Shown here one piece after another: positions 24,590 through 37,060 of a DNA stretch of 64,000 bases. Positions within the stretch are counted from its first letter, which is position 1, and every line of letters starts with the position of its first letter. A program made the position numbers and the translations under genes. Origin of the DNA: Hydrolagus affinis (Eukaryota); NCBI GenBank assembly GCA_012026655.1, contig JAAILG010000211.1, positions 1 through 64,000 of the forward strand. Reading direction: 5' to 3'. A model generated the notes under the pieces. That model saw only the letters and a list, made by a program, of their open reading frames with translations, was not told the origin of the DNA and ran no database searches.

Positions 24590-25349
24590 TTACAACCTCC
24601 TCCACCTTTCTGGCCTGCCCCTAAAACTCTCTGAACCTGTGCACAACCTTGACGTCAGGTTCGGCCCTCAACTGCCCCTCCTCTCTCATATCCAGTCCCT
24701 CACCAGTACTGCTTTCTACTACCTCCAACGGATCGCCCGTCTCCAGCAAAACCTCACCCCAAAAGCCGCTGAAACCTTGGTCCATGCCTTTGTCATCTCT
24801 CGGCTGGACTATTGCAACGCCCTCCTTGCCAGTCTCCCCTCCACCACAAAATCCAGCTAATTCAAAACTCTGCTGCCCGCATACTCACCCACACCGAACT
24901 TCGCTCCCCCATTACCCCAGTCCTAGCCAGACTTCACTGGCTCCCTGTCCCTGAGAGGATCGACTTCAAGATCCTCACCCTTGTTTTCAAGTCCCTCCAC
25001 TCCTCTGCACCCCCCTACCTCTCTGACCTCCTCGCTCCCCAAAGCAGCAGCCGCTGCCTTCGCTCCACCGGGTCTTGCCTCCTCCATGTCCGCGGAATCC
25101 TCCGCTCCACCCTTGGTGGCCATGCCTTCAGCCACCACGCCCCAAGGCTCTGGAACTCCCTTCCTCACTCCCTTTGCCTCACCCCCTCTCTTCCCAGTTT
25201 CAGGTCCCAGCTAAAGACCTTTCTCTTCGACCGCGCATTTGTTCACCTTTCTACCCCTGCCCCTGGCTTGGTCCCAGGATCCGCTACTGTGAAGTGCTCA
25301 GAGACACCGTCCGGCGTGGAGGGCGCTATATAAATCTTAGTTGTTGTTG
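24590..25349 (+). mobile_element. L2 LINE family B, 5'-truncated 0.75-kb copy
   Basis: ETLVHAFVISRLDYCNALL, then a frameshift, then IQNSAARILT...LHWLPVPERIDFKIL...LWNSLP...LKTFLF; tail with (TTG)n. Confidence 0.95.
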
Positions 25350-25788
25350 AGATTTCCTGTCTAACAAAGGAAAACCAAAGTTCTCAATGTTGTTAACAAC
25401 CTCTTCAAGCTATGGACAGAGAAACAAGACTTAGAAATGGCTGAGAATCCAGTTTAACATGATGGAACAGGATGAATCACTGGTACTATTGATAGAACAT
25501 AGCATTGATCTTTTCCGAACGAAGGCAGAAGAAAGTGCGGATGGCACGAGCCAGGCTACTGCATGAATATACAGCTCAGGACAAATCTGATTATGAAGGT
25601 AGGAAACATAATTACTAAGCCTTTCATGTATCTCAGGACATCTTCCTTGCATCCTAAATATATATTGATTCAGATTGTGCATGAAATGATCAGATGACCA
25701 TCCAGTTGTGCACATTGTAACATGTAACATTACTTGGGCATGTGCAATCCTCAATTCCTTGCATTAAATCATGTTATACTAGTACATA

Positions 25789-25997
25789 CAGTAAAAGCCC
25801 GTTTATCCGTGACCCGATCAACCATAACTTCCATATAACCAAGACCTCAAAAAAAAAAGTCTGTATTCGATTAACCAAAGTTTATCCGGAAAAATGCTTA
25901 TTTTTTAAAATATATATTTTTGTGTGTTTTCAGCCAAATATCCAGCACGCGATTTATCTGGCACTGGCCAGGTCTCAAGGGTTCCAGACTTTTACTG
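25789..25997. mobile_element. Tigger-like MITE (7190 family), opposite orientation
   Basis: TA|cagtaaaagcccgtttatccgtgacccgatcaacc ... cttttactg|TA. Confidence 0.88.
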
Positions 25998-28590
25998 TAT
26001 TCCATTGTTGTATGGAATAGTTTGTGGTAATAATTGTATCATTGACCTCTGAAGGCCAAATCCAACTTTAATCTCAAGGGCCTCGCTTTATAGAGAAACA
26101 TTTCCCATCAATCACATAATTCTTGAAGGAATAGAATGGGAAGCTCAGAGAGTGTGGCTTGTGAATCTGCTGACTTTGACAGTTCAACGGGTGGGTGTTT
26201 TGTGGTCCAGGTTTGTCCGAATACTGAAAGTAATGTATATTTTAATGGTACATGTCCGTTCCAAAGTCTTGTCTGACACGAGCTAGGAAATGGTTAACTT
26301 TGCAAGCACAGCATGTCATTTTTTATTCCATGGTGTTTAGATACACATCCTTGTTGCTTTTATTTAATTCCCTCTTTCTTTTCAGAGATAAACCAGCTGT
26401 CAAGCCCCAGAAGCTGTAGAAGGAAGAGATGCACCAAGCAGAAACCACCATCCTCCCTACTCCTGCACCCTCTCACATAAGCACCCACAGAGTTAGTGAG
26501 TGGTAGCACATGTGGAAGGGGTGAGCCATTTATGTGGAAGACTGAATAGCCATCTGTTCTGATACAAAGGGCATGTAGGATGGCCTTAGTGTCTTGACAA
26601 CCATAAGGAGTGCAAATGGCAGTTCTCACTTTTTAGAAGTTGTTGATGTGCCAATACGTCCTGTCATTTCCAAATGTCAGAAATAACTCAGATGATGTAG
26701 CTGATAACATGGAATAGTCCACCATCAAGGAATATAGCCCCCATTCCATGGGTTTATGGCTGTGAGAATTAAGATGTTTATTATGGAAACCTCTGTGATG
26801 CAAGTCACATGGACTGTGTTGGAGCAGCAATCCAATACTCTACCCTAGCCGGTATGAATTATTTTGGGAGTCTATGACCAAGAATCCGATAATGGTCAGC
26901 ATTAGCTCTAAAGGCCTGAATTTTATATCATAGGGATTTAATATCTTCCTGGGGCTTATCTTCAAATATTCTGCTTTGAGCAGTGGAAGGGAGAATTCTA
27001 CACATTCTTGGGTGTCAGTTTGCCATCAATATCACCTACCAAGCAGAAATGCTTCATCAGAAACTCTACCTGAATACAATAAAAGCATTGTCTTGCATGA
27101 ATTTCATGTCACCTACTGCAGTACTGCCTGGAGAGCAAACTGACTTGTCAATGATTCTTAACCCAGCAATCATGCACAGATAAGTAATGGAAAACAAGAT
27201 AGACCTGGGGCTATTTGGAAACCTACAAGAAAGAGTACATACAAGAAAAGGGGATGTGCAATGCTCTTATTTGTGGAATTTCAACAATTAATGGAATAAA
27301 ATATTACCACTGAACAGTTAATTGTAGAATATTTGTTATCATTGCAGGAGCACACTCATAATACAAAGAGTCGTGTGTTGATTCATCAGGCACACAAAAA
27401 CATTGCGTAACTGTGCAGCTTCAGCTCCAGGGCAGTAATGTTATCCTGAATTATTCACCGAAGCTGATCTCTGCCTGCCTGTTGGCCTCATCCAGCACAT
27501 GCTGCTTCCTCCTCTCTATTCCCTTACCCAACAAGATCTTGAATCAGTGCCTCATCAATGGCCATTTGTACTCCTTATCGTTAGAGTAAAAGCATTCTCT
27601 CCTGGATTGTGTGGTTATCAAAGAGGTTACCTGCATCTCCCAGCACTCAGTGCATGTTTGATGGGCGCTTATTAAAATGTAAATTGTTACACAAACCGAC
27701 TCAGCAGGTAGGACTCATTACTGAAGCGTCCACAACTACTAGGGGTTGCAATCCCAGGATTGCACTACTAAATGCTCTGTGAACAGTTTTCGTTAAATAA
27801 AATACCTCCTGTTTCTCTTTTACAAAGGTGAGTTTTTGCATTCTTCTGTTGGGTAATCACAAAATAAGTCATCAATGGATCCTACCCAGCATTTACAGGT
27901 ATTTCTATAAACCTGGAATTAGCCAGCACCATTGAGCATTCCTGCAGTAAGTACACGAGATGAGATTCTGAACTGTTTATGCATTCACTTGTCAGCACTC
28001 TGGATCATGATGCACAACCAAACTGAACAGCACTTGTGTGCTCTGCTGCAGACATTTGCTTTTACTGTCACGTCAGCAGCAACACTAACAATGATTAAAA
28101 AAAATCCTGCTCGTTATCGCTATCAATCGTTAAGGAACGCCAATTGGACACATCTGGTTCTGGATCCTGTGCAGTTTGTTACTTTGTCTTAATTTTAACC
28201 TCCATTTTTGCTGCAATATTCCTTGTGTTTCTGTGGGCAGGTGGATAGTGCAATACACTCATGCCTTTTATGCTGAGCTGAGCTGTGTACCAGGAAACTT
28301 GTGGAGAGCTCAAGTCTCTGCTAGTCTACCTAGCAGAGGCGAAACCTTGAGAGCAACCTATATATTTGTTTCTCTCCTAGGCTCTTCTAAAATTGTTCTG
28401 GGATAGAAAATAGTTAGTTCAATCTAAGCTTATTCTAATATTTATACAGTATTAGATTCCAACTTTTAATGAATAATTGAAGTTTTTGATTGTTTTAGTT
28501 TTTCTCTGATTTGTTTATAGCCATGGAACAAATGTGACTTTGGGAATCACATTTTTACATTTAATGGAATCAGGCATTTTCACTGAATCA

Positions 28591-28642
28591 CAGCGCCCGA
28601 CGTGAAAGGCGCTCTATAAATGGTATTTTGTTGTTGTTGTTG
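28591..28642 (+). mobile_element. Isolated L2 family A tail (hairpin partly deleted)
   Basis: cagcgcccgacgtgaaaggcgctctataaatg...(TTG)n. Confidence 0.8.
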
Positions 28643-31600
28643 AATCGGAACATTGTTCAGTGTATGAACCCATGCCTTGCCTTGACGAGAGAATTAGGCT
28701 AGTTCACTTCCCTCTAATGTAGATGCCTGAATTACTATCAGTGAATGAATGATGCGTCAGAAACATTTTGGTCCTGTAGTCCTCTTGTCTACTAGAAAAT
28801 TATTGACAGTGCACAATGACTTAAGGCAATGTAAGAGGCATAAAGAAGAGATCTTTTGTCCTGACCTTTTGAAACATGTTCACGTTTAGGTGCCAGACAT
28901 GAAAAGATGGGATTTTAATGCATTGTAGAACTCGAAGCCTTCCAGTCGTTGCTGGAGGCAACAAATTCCTCTTGGCGTTAAGTGCAGCTACTTTGACAAT
29001 GTGCAAAAGTGCACATTGTCGAAGTCATACATTTAAGAGCAAAGGGAATAATAGTCACTAGCTTCTGAAAGATAAGGCACCAATATCATCAATAATGCTA
29101 CATTTTCTCTTAAAAGCAATTGATTTATTCAGAACATTGCAATTATCAGCTCCAACTGTGAGTTTCATGTTTTTCTTTCTCGGAGAGTGAATCTCACCCC
29201 AAAGGGTGAGAAGGAACGTTTCAGGACCAGTGTCATTGTTTGTATCATTTATTTATTTTTAATGTGCCAATGTATGACTCCCATGTGTACAACAAGTTTG
29301 TATTCAATGCATCAGTGAAATGGACAAAATCCATTTCTGTAATAACCTTGAACACATCTTTACACCTCTATTGAGTTATGGAAGAAAATACCACCCATGT
29401 ACAGTATTCTGTAAATGTTTTAAGCAATCTAGTATAAAGTAGCAAATGCATAATTTCATTTCTGTTTTAAAAAAATCAGTTTAATTTGTTGTTTGTTCTA
29501 AAATGCAGACTTGGATTGACAGTTGGAAAATATTTTGGACTGATATTTAGAAAACAAAATGCAAATATTCACAAAATGTAATAATATACATATTTTGATT
29601 AGTCCTGACATCACACTAGGATATCTAACTGAACTCAATCGGATATCATTCCATTGTGAATCTAATGATCTGAAACCAAACCTTTATTCTGCCTCATTTT
29701 TGCTACTTTTGATTTAGTAAGGGTGCATCGAATATAAACATGATGTTTTGGTACCAAAATAGCTAGATGTTCAGGAGAATAACTAGATGATTTTATGAAA
29801 AGTTAGAAGAACTTCTAAAGTGCTAAAAAAATGACGAAGATTGCAGGAGATGGATTAACAATTTATAAACCATGTCTAAATATAAAGCAGCACAGAGTGA
29901 AAAAGACGATCTACGGGGGGATAAAGTCAGCCAAGTTATGGGTCCTAAGGAATTACTCACTTAGACAACAGAAAATCATAGCCAAATGCTTCCATTTCTG
30001 GGCAAGCAATTGATCACATCTTTTTGCAAGTATGATGCCCTATTTTTTTTCACACAGAGTTAAATGAAAAATAATACACTAGTGATATCCAAAGCCCTCA
30101 AGCTTGTTAAGAATATTCTTTAAAATCATGCATATTTGAAGATTGCTCTTAAATATGTTATTGGTTCTTCTTCCTCTAAAACCCACAGTTTGTGCATAAA
30201 TAAGTCAGTTACTCTAAGTAATTCTCCACAGTCACTATAAGTAATTTCTACAGATGATCGTGCCACACTGCAAGGGTAGCACCATTTCAGAGGAGAGCAA
30301 GGAGAATGACACCAAGAACAATAATATCTTACTAATATAGTGCCATTTATGCAGGATAGCATCTCAACAGTGTTTCAAATGACTCACTGCACTGTAGCCC
30401 TTGGAAACATTGGATCGAATGGATCTTACTGTGCTCCATGGAGCCTTTTTAAGATTGTGCCTTGGAATCTGAAAAGAGCCATATATCAAGGACTATGGCA
30501 CATGTCAGCCACATTACTGGCACTAGGAGACTAGAGTAGACAAAAAAAGTGTATTTGTCTACTCTGCTACATCAATGACTCCTTCAAAGCTGTATAGCAT
30601 TTGGGGAGGTACAATAGTGGAGCATGTTAACTGGTTAATCTGCTCACACGCAGACCATCCCATTAAAGCTCCTGTAGTAACCATTCTGAGATCCTTCAAA
30701 TGCTACAAAGGTCAGTCTTCAAGGGCTGTGGGGCCATCAATCAGGTTTTTCAGGGGCTGATGTGCCAGCAATTGAAAGTGCCCTATTGAGCAGTCTTCAA
30801 GTGTTGGTTCCTTCCAAAGTTGAACAGACACAGTTGTTTGTAGAATTTGTAAACAGAACAAATGTACTTTGTTTCAAATACTAAATAGAACATAATGATT
30901 TTCTGAGTTGTGGAGTCCACAAATATATCAAGCTGGCAAAGGGAACTGGTCAAGGATAAATAATAAGGTTACAGAAGTATTCGGATGCTTTCGTTGTCTT
31001 ATCTGGGGCAGACTGCCCAATTGAAACTTATGTTTGGAAGATTAAATGGATTTGATGGATTTGGTAAACGGCAAATATTGAGCAAGGGAGACAAGAGCCT
31101 GATAGAACAAATATTGCTTTAGAGCTTTAAAACAACATTACCAGCATCTGACAATGATGATAATTTTGTAAACACTAGAGAAAAAGTATAATTTATCGTG
31201 ATGAGGACTTTACTGTCAGATGAAGCACACATACATTGTTAATGTACAGCAGCTTTCATATGTTTGCGTTTATGCAATGTTATCGGAATGAATAGAGAAC
31301 TGGACATATTTTGTTCCTTTAATATTAACTTTCACCATAATTGTACTGACTGCCTGAAATTCCATAAATTACCCAAAGCTATTTTTAAATTTTTCTGAAT
31401 TATACAATGCTGTAAAACCATCTCTACATTTCAATGAATTTTGCTTTTCAAGTATTCAACAACAAGTTTGTCTGCATTTGTACCACTTTGAGACAAGAAA
31501 ATGGGTATTTATTTAATAGCCAGGCAGATACAATTCAAGTACTTTTGTCCATCCATAGAGAGCAGGGATACAATGCTTAAATACCAAACAATATTTGATA

Positions 31601-31969
31601 CATCTGCTTCTTTAACAAATTGTGGACTATAATTCTGTAAAAAAAAAATCTGTACTGCATGAATGTGTACAGTACCTAAATATCTGATAATTCACATGTA
31701 TTAGCAACCTTTTCTCATCCAAAATCAAAAGTTAATAGTGAGATTACCTCATTATGTGTATAGCGGGGACAGATAGAGGATGCAACAGAGGTACAGAAGA
31801 GTTCTGTTATAAACCTAGGTTTGCTTACAACATGATTGGGGTGTTGACTCCAATATTTATTTACTAAAAGTAAAGCCAACTGTGCCAAAATGTTGACCGT
31901 CGGACAGGAAGGAAGTCAAACTGATTAGCATCCGGGTCATCAGATTTCTATCAAAGTCACTTGCTGTCA

Positions 31970-32028
31970 CAGTTTCCTCCCGACGTGAAAGGCACTTTAG
32001 AAATGTAATTCTGTTGTTGTTGTTGTCA
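31970..32028 (+). mobile_element. Isolated L2 family A tail with TGTCA on both sides
   Basis: tcctcccgacgtgaaaggcactttagaaatgtaattctgttgttg; a paralogous empty site lies at 32407-32485. Confidence 0.82.
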
Positions 32029-32656
32029 TTAGTTTTGTGGTCAAGCTATTGATAGTATGTCAGGTTTCATAAAATTAGTAGGCATTGATTGGTAGCCTTG
32101 AAATTATGGATGTAAGATCTGACTCTTTTCAAAAATATGATCCAGCTACAGCCTTGCAAAAACATAGTGTACATTTTCAGCTTTAATTATTTTTACTTTT
32201 CAAATAAAAAATTATCAGTGTTTGTTTTACCTTATTTATTGATTTCTGGCCCTCACAACTTTCTTTAATCTGGTAAACTCTTTGCTTTTTTGTCAGTGTT
32301 GCCTTTTGTTGACTGATAAGATCAACACAGTTGTTTAGGTGATATATTTTTATCTGGAGCTTTACAGCGAATGTTACAGCTTTTTTTTTTTATGGTTGGT
32401 ACCACAGTCATCAGGTTTCTGCCAAAGCCACTTGCTGACATCAACTTTGTGGTCAAGGTATTGATAATATGTCACATTTCATAAAGATAAAAGCTATCAC
32501 ATGTTGCAGCTTCCGTACAGTTGCTTTACATCCATATCATTGGGATCTAATTTGCAATCTATCATGAGGAATCTCAATAATGCAAATGAGAGTTCCTTCT
32601 TTTGACTGGAAATATATCACCCTAACCCATGGCAACTACTCAGGTTCCAAGGGCTG

Positions 32657-32772
32657 AATAATAATAAGAATCCTTCCATTTCATACAGAGCCTTATCTAG
32701 TCTTCGAGACATCTCAAAGCGGTTCATAGGATATACTATAAAGTGAATTGACTGTATGTTTTGTGGGAAAAC
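32657..32772 (-). mobile_element. tRNA-derived SINE, 3' part
   Basis: gtcttcgagacatctcaaagcggttcataggatatactataaagtgaattgactg. Confidence 0.82.
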
Positions 32773-33807
32773 CAAATCCCCCAGGTCGACAGTAATTCTA
32801 TCAGGATTCATTATTAAAGAAACCAAAAAACAATATTATCAAACAGCCATTCAATCAATACCATTAAATTACTTCCACATACGGGAGTGCTTATTGCAAT
32901 CTTTGTGCTTACTGTAACTGTTAAGATTCGGGTTTGAACCACAATACTTAGATGCTCTTCAGAGCAGTCTTCTATCGAAAGTCTTATTTTGACAACACAG
33001 CTATCCATGAGAAGAATTGTTCACACTTACTTCTATATACAGTCAGTTGACCAGAACAGATAGCATCTGTGCCTTTTTTATGTAAAACACAATTTTCTGG
33101 AGGCAAGCAGCTCTTTAGGACTAATGCAGTGGAAATAATGGCCCATTTTAAGCATGTTTCCTGGGGGAAAGGTAGCCTCTTATGATTGTAGAGAGCCTTC
33201 AGGTTTGAAGTTCAAATACGCGACAAAGCTGAACAGCCCAATTTTAAATATTGTGATATTGAGGCATTTCCTACTGATAATAAATAATTTTGATACCGTT
33301 TTGCTTTATCTTGAAGCAAATGAAACAGTCTTGAGTTTGTGATATCCAGTGATAGGATCCAAGGATTAATTTTCTTTAGAAACTGCAGATTCATTTTTCC
33401 TGCTGGTTTTAGTCACCGATCCATACATAGCACATTCAACTCCAAGTACCGTAAAAAGAAAATTAATGATCCTGTACTTGTCATGTGCAGAGACTCAATT
33501 CACATCTGTATTTAAATGAAAAGGTCTACTGTATTTCAGATGTGTGATAAATTATAATAGATTATTTGTAAACTAATTCCCTTCCAAGTGTTTTAATATG
33601 TTGTAGAGATCTTGAGGTTTTAAAATTTGATGTTTTCATCAGTGGGGGATGCTCATTTTTTTCTTTTGTGTACAGTATTCTGAATGATATAAAGGGATGC
33701 ACCCTGGTTTCTTAGATCCAGAAAGTATAAGATGTAGTTTGGCAAGAGCCAAAACTTGGGGTCCTTCTGTGCGAATTAATTTACAGCTGCAATTTATCCA
33801 GATAAAA

Positions 33808-33925
33808 CCCTGGTGTGTGCAATTGGCTATCTTGCTTTGCATTCAAACTATAGAGTCAATTCACTTTTGCGGTATATTCTGTGAAGCGCTTTGAGATGTT
33901 TCAATGATGTGAATACACTACAAGC
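33808..33925 (+). mobile_element. tRNA-derived SINE, 3' part
   Basis: gtgtgcaattggct...gtcaattcactttt...ctgtgaagcgctttgagatg. Confidence 0.8.
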
Positions 33926-34189
33926 TGTGGACAAAACTCGGCAGCTAGTTGCATACAGCATTGTTTTACAAAGAGTCGTGGATTGAGTGACCACATTTTA
34001 ATTTAATTGAAAAATGATTATTACTCCTAGAAAAGCAATCCGCCAAACAACAAACACCTAACTTGGTGCCGACTTACTACTAGGAAACAGAGGTGCATGG
34101 AGTAAGGAAATTTGCCCAACATTTTCCCCTGATCGAACCCAGGGCTTGCTTGTTCGGCGAGTGCTGTAATCACTGAGCTACAGGACTCC
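33926..34189 (-). mobile_element. tRNA-derived SINE, long variant, tail missing
   Basis: Ends in cactgagctacaggactc (head, reverse complement); contains acttactactaggaaacagagg. Confidence 0.8.
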
Positions 34190-36406
34190 GCAAGCAGTTA
34201 GGGCAAAATGAACGGATTTGCTTTCTGATGTAGGCAGAGCAGAATGACTCAATTTTCGCTAACTCCAAACTTGCACTGTGAGGTTGAGCCCTGTAACTTT
34301 CAACAGAGCCTCACTCACATGTCCTTATTGCCCTTAAAGGAAAGAGAAACTAGCAAATCAGTTGTGATTTGTTGCATTTGCTGGCAACCATATTCATTTC
34401 CATTGCTTTATGAGTGCTTGCACTGATTGATGATTCCAGCATTTAGACATTTCTCAGATGAAGAAGAGAAGCTTTCACAAACACCTGGGTTGGTGGTGTG
34501 GAAGAGCAAAGAAATGTTGGCAGTCTGTTTCAACTTATTGCCAATTGTTTAATTAAATAAAGTGCCCAGTTTGCCAGTTAACAACAGATGGAGACTGTCA
34601 GAGAATAGAAATAACAAGTGAATGAGAAAATTAAAAAGAGAACGGGGATAAACCCCAGAGAGATTTCTATAGTGACAGGTTCAGTTATCTTGACACTGAT
34701 TTTGAATGCCAATATATACTTCAAATTAGCATCCAGGCTAAGGAGGATAAATTGTTTTGCAATGAAACCTGTGTAGGATTCAGTAGATAATGATTCCACA
34801 ATTTTTTTTTTGTATTTTTGTTGGTCAATTGAGAAATAATCAACCATGAGAATACATGAGAATGAGCTGACAATGCATCATCTTTTCCAATGGCAAATGC
34901 AGCATGTTGACAGTTAACTGTTTATCGAGTACCTGTACAACACATTCTGCTTTTATTTGTAGATCTCTAATGTAATTGGTAGCAAGGAGCAATCTTAAGA
35001 GGAATTAACAATTTTACATGCAGCCATACCTGATGTAACATATATTTCCAAAGTGTACTAAATCATTCGTTGTAGTCAATCAAAATATTGCCGATTCCAG
35101 AATGAATCTGACGTGCTATATCCTGCACATGTAGAAAAATGAACCCAAGGAATTTATGACATATAATGAATATAATGTACACAAAGCTAACTCTGTGTAC
35201 CTCCTGTTAACTAAGCACTTGCATAAAGTCAAAACTTGTTGCTGGGATATATATTTCTGATTTATTCAAATTATCTAACTTGGTTTGAGTGCCAATTAGC
35301 TTGTGGGCATTTTGTACGTGTACAATATGTACACTATATAGAATTGTGGATCATACATTTTCAAGCATACTCTCGATCTCCTTTCAGCGCACAAGCATAA
35401 TCACCAAATCCACATATTTTGCTTCAGGACAGACATCTGCTGGTTCTCCCAATGACAGAGAGCAGCTGAGGCATGGAATCATGTTTTCATGAACCAGGTT
35501 TCCTGATCATGTAATAATAAACGAATACTAATATGCCCACAAATTTCACAGTCCACTTTACAACATATTCCGTGAAAAGCTGGAGACTCAATGGTTGTGG
35601 GGTTCAGGCACGGATAGAATCAGACTCCTTTTGCAGCATCCCCACAGCTAAATAACCTTTAATGCTTACTACCAGACGCGCTCATAAAGAATGACATTGT
35701 ATTGGAATGTGCACTACCTAATTACTTGTTGCTCTCAAACAATTTTGGCTGTCATTTGCTGGATTTGACTACCGCCTCTGTGTTTAGTCTATAATTCTCT
35801 GCTAGACCCCCACACTGGAGTACCTTGTGGTAATGCTCGTTGTACATGCTAGTAAGACTAGCAGAAACAATTTTACATTGCTTAGTCCATTGCATCTCCC
35901 AGCCAAAGAAGGGCAGTGTGGTTGAAGAAGGACTGAAAGTAAAGGTTTAAGGATGGAGGGCGATTAGTTTGGGCATTAATTTTCAGATAATATGTACTCT
36001 GTTGAATAATGCCTATTCACATCAGTAAGTTGCCTTTCAAATCACCTCTGTTTTAACTTGGCATAAGTATCTTGTTAAAGTCAAATCATTCTTACCAATT
36101 GATTTTTCTAGGTGACAAAGAAAGGTTTAATTATGTTCTGTGATTTACAAGAATTGCATTTAATTATTTCTGGATAATAAGCACCTCTAGCACTGCATAT
36201 CGTTTTATCTGCTGCATAAGATGCCCACAGGCTAATCTGGCATTCTTGTAGAATAGACTATTGAAAGAAATGGTCAGAAATATTTATCTTCACAATGAAT
36301 CTTTTAGCTAACAAGAATGCACAGAACCAATTTATTTTATGAGCAAGCATGAATCTGCCTCAAGCATGCTGTCATGGTTTGGTATTAGCATTGGCACTTT
36401 ATTATT

Positions 36407-36466
36407 TCAGCGTCTTGGGACGTCCTACCAACGTGAAAGGCGCTCTCCAAATGTTGTTGTTTATTA
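36407..36466 (+). mobile_element. Isolated L2 family A tail
   Basis: ttcagcgtcttgggacgtcctaccaacgtgaaaggcgctct. Confidence 0.82.
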
Positions 36467-36732
36467 TGACCCAAATATTGTAATTTTTTGGTGGGGATTT
36501 GTGAAGTGGGTGAAGGTTTCATACCATCACAGCAGTCCCACGATCAAACCCAACATTCCCCTTCTTCATAGAGGAAGTTAGCTGATGGCAATGGAAATTT
36601 GGCGGGGGAAAATTGGGAACAAAGTAATAATAATAGAATATTAATAATTGAAATGAAGAATGGAATTTGCCTTCAGGGTAATTATTTGAGCAATGTCAAG
36701 AAGACTAGAAAATAAAAAAAAATAAGTAAGAG

Positions 36733-36955
36733 GCGAGTTGTTCGGATCTGGAGCACATTGCCTGAAAGGGTGGTGAAAGCCGATTCAATAACAACTTTCA
36801 AGAGTGAAGTACTGTACATAGATATTTGGGAAGGACAAATTTATAGTGCTATAGGGAGTGAGCGGGTGAGTGGGATTAATTTGGACAGCTGAGCCGGCAA
36901 GGACACGACAGGCCGAATGGCCTCCTTCTGTGCTATATAATTCTACGATTCTATG
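36733..36955 (+). mobile_element. CR1 LINE 3' end (same family as 21120)
   Basis: cgagttgttcggatctgga...ggccgaatggcctccttctgtgct...ttctacgattctatga. Confidence 0.87.
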
Positions 36956-37016
36956 AAAGAAGCTTGTCAAGTTAGCATTTGCAAAGTACAGTTGCTCATA
37001 ACTTATCCGAACATCA

Positions 37017-37060
37017 CTCATGATTAAGACTGATGCGGATGCATCAGTCTTAATCATGAG
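37017..37060. repeat. Perfect 20-bp inverted repeat with a 4-nt spacer
   Basis: ctcatgattaagactgatgc-GGAT-gcatcagtcttaatcatgag. Confidence 0.95.

Noticed and set aside
24540-25333. The longest ORFs in the window (173 aa and 166 aa) as host genes
   Set aside because: They are frameshifted, 5'-truncated L2 ORF2 remnants
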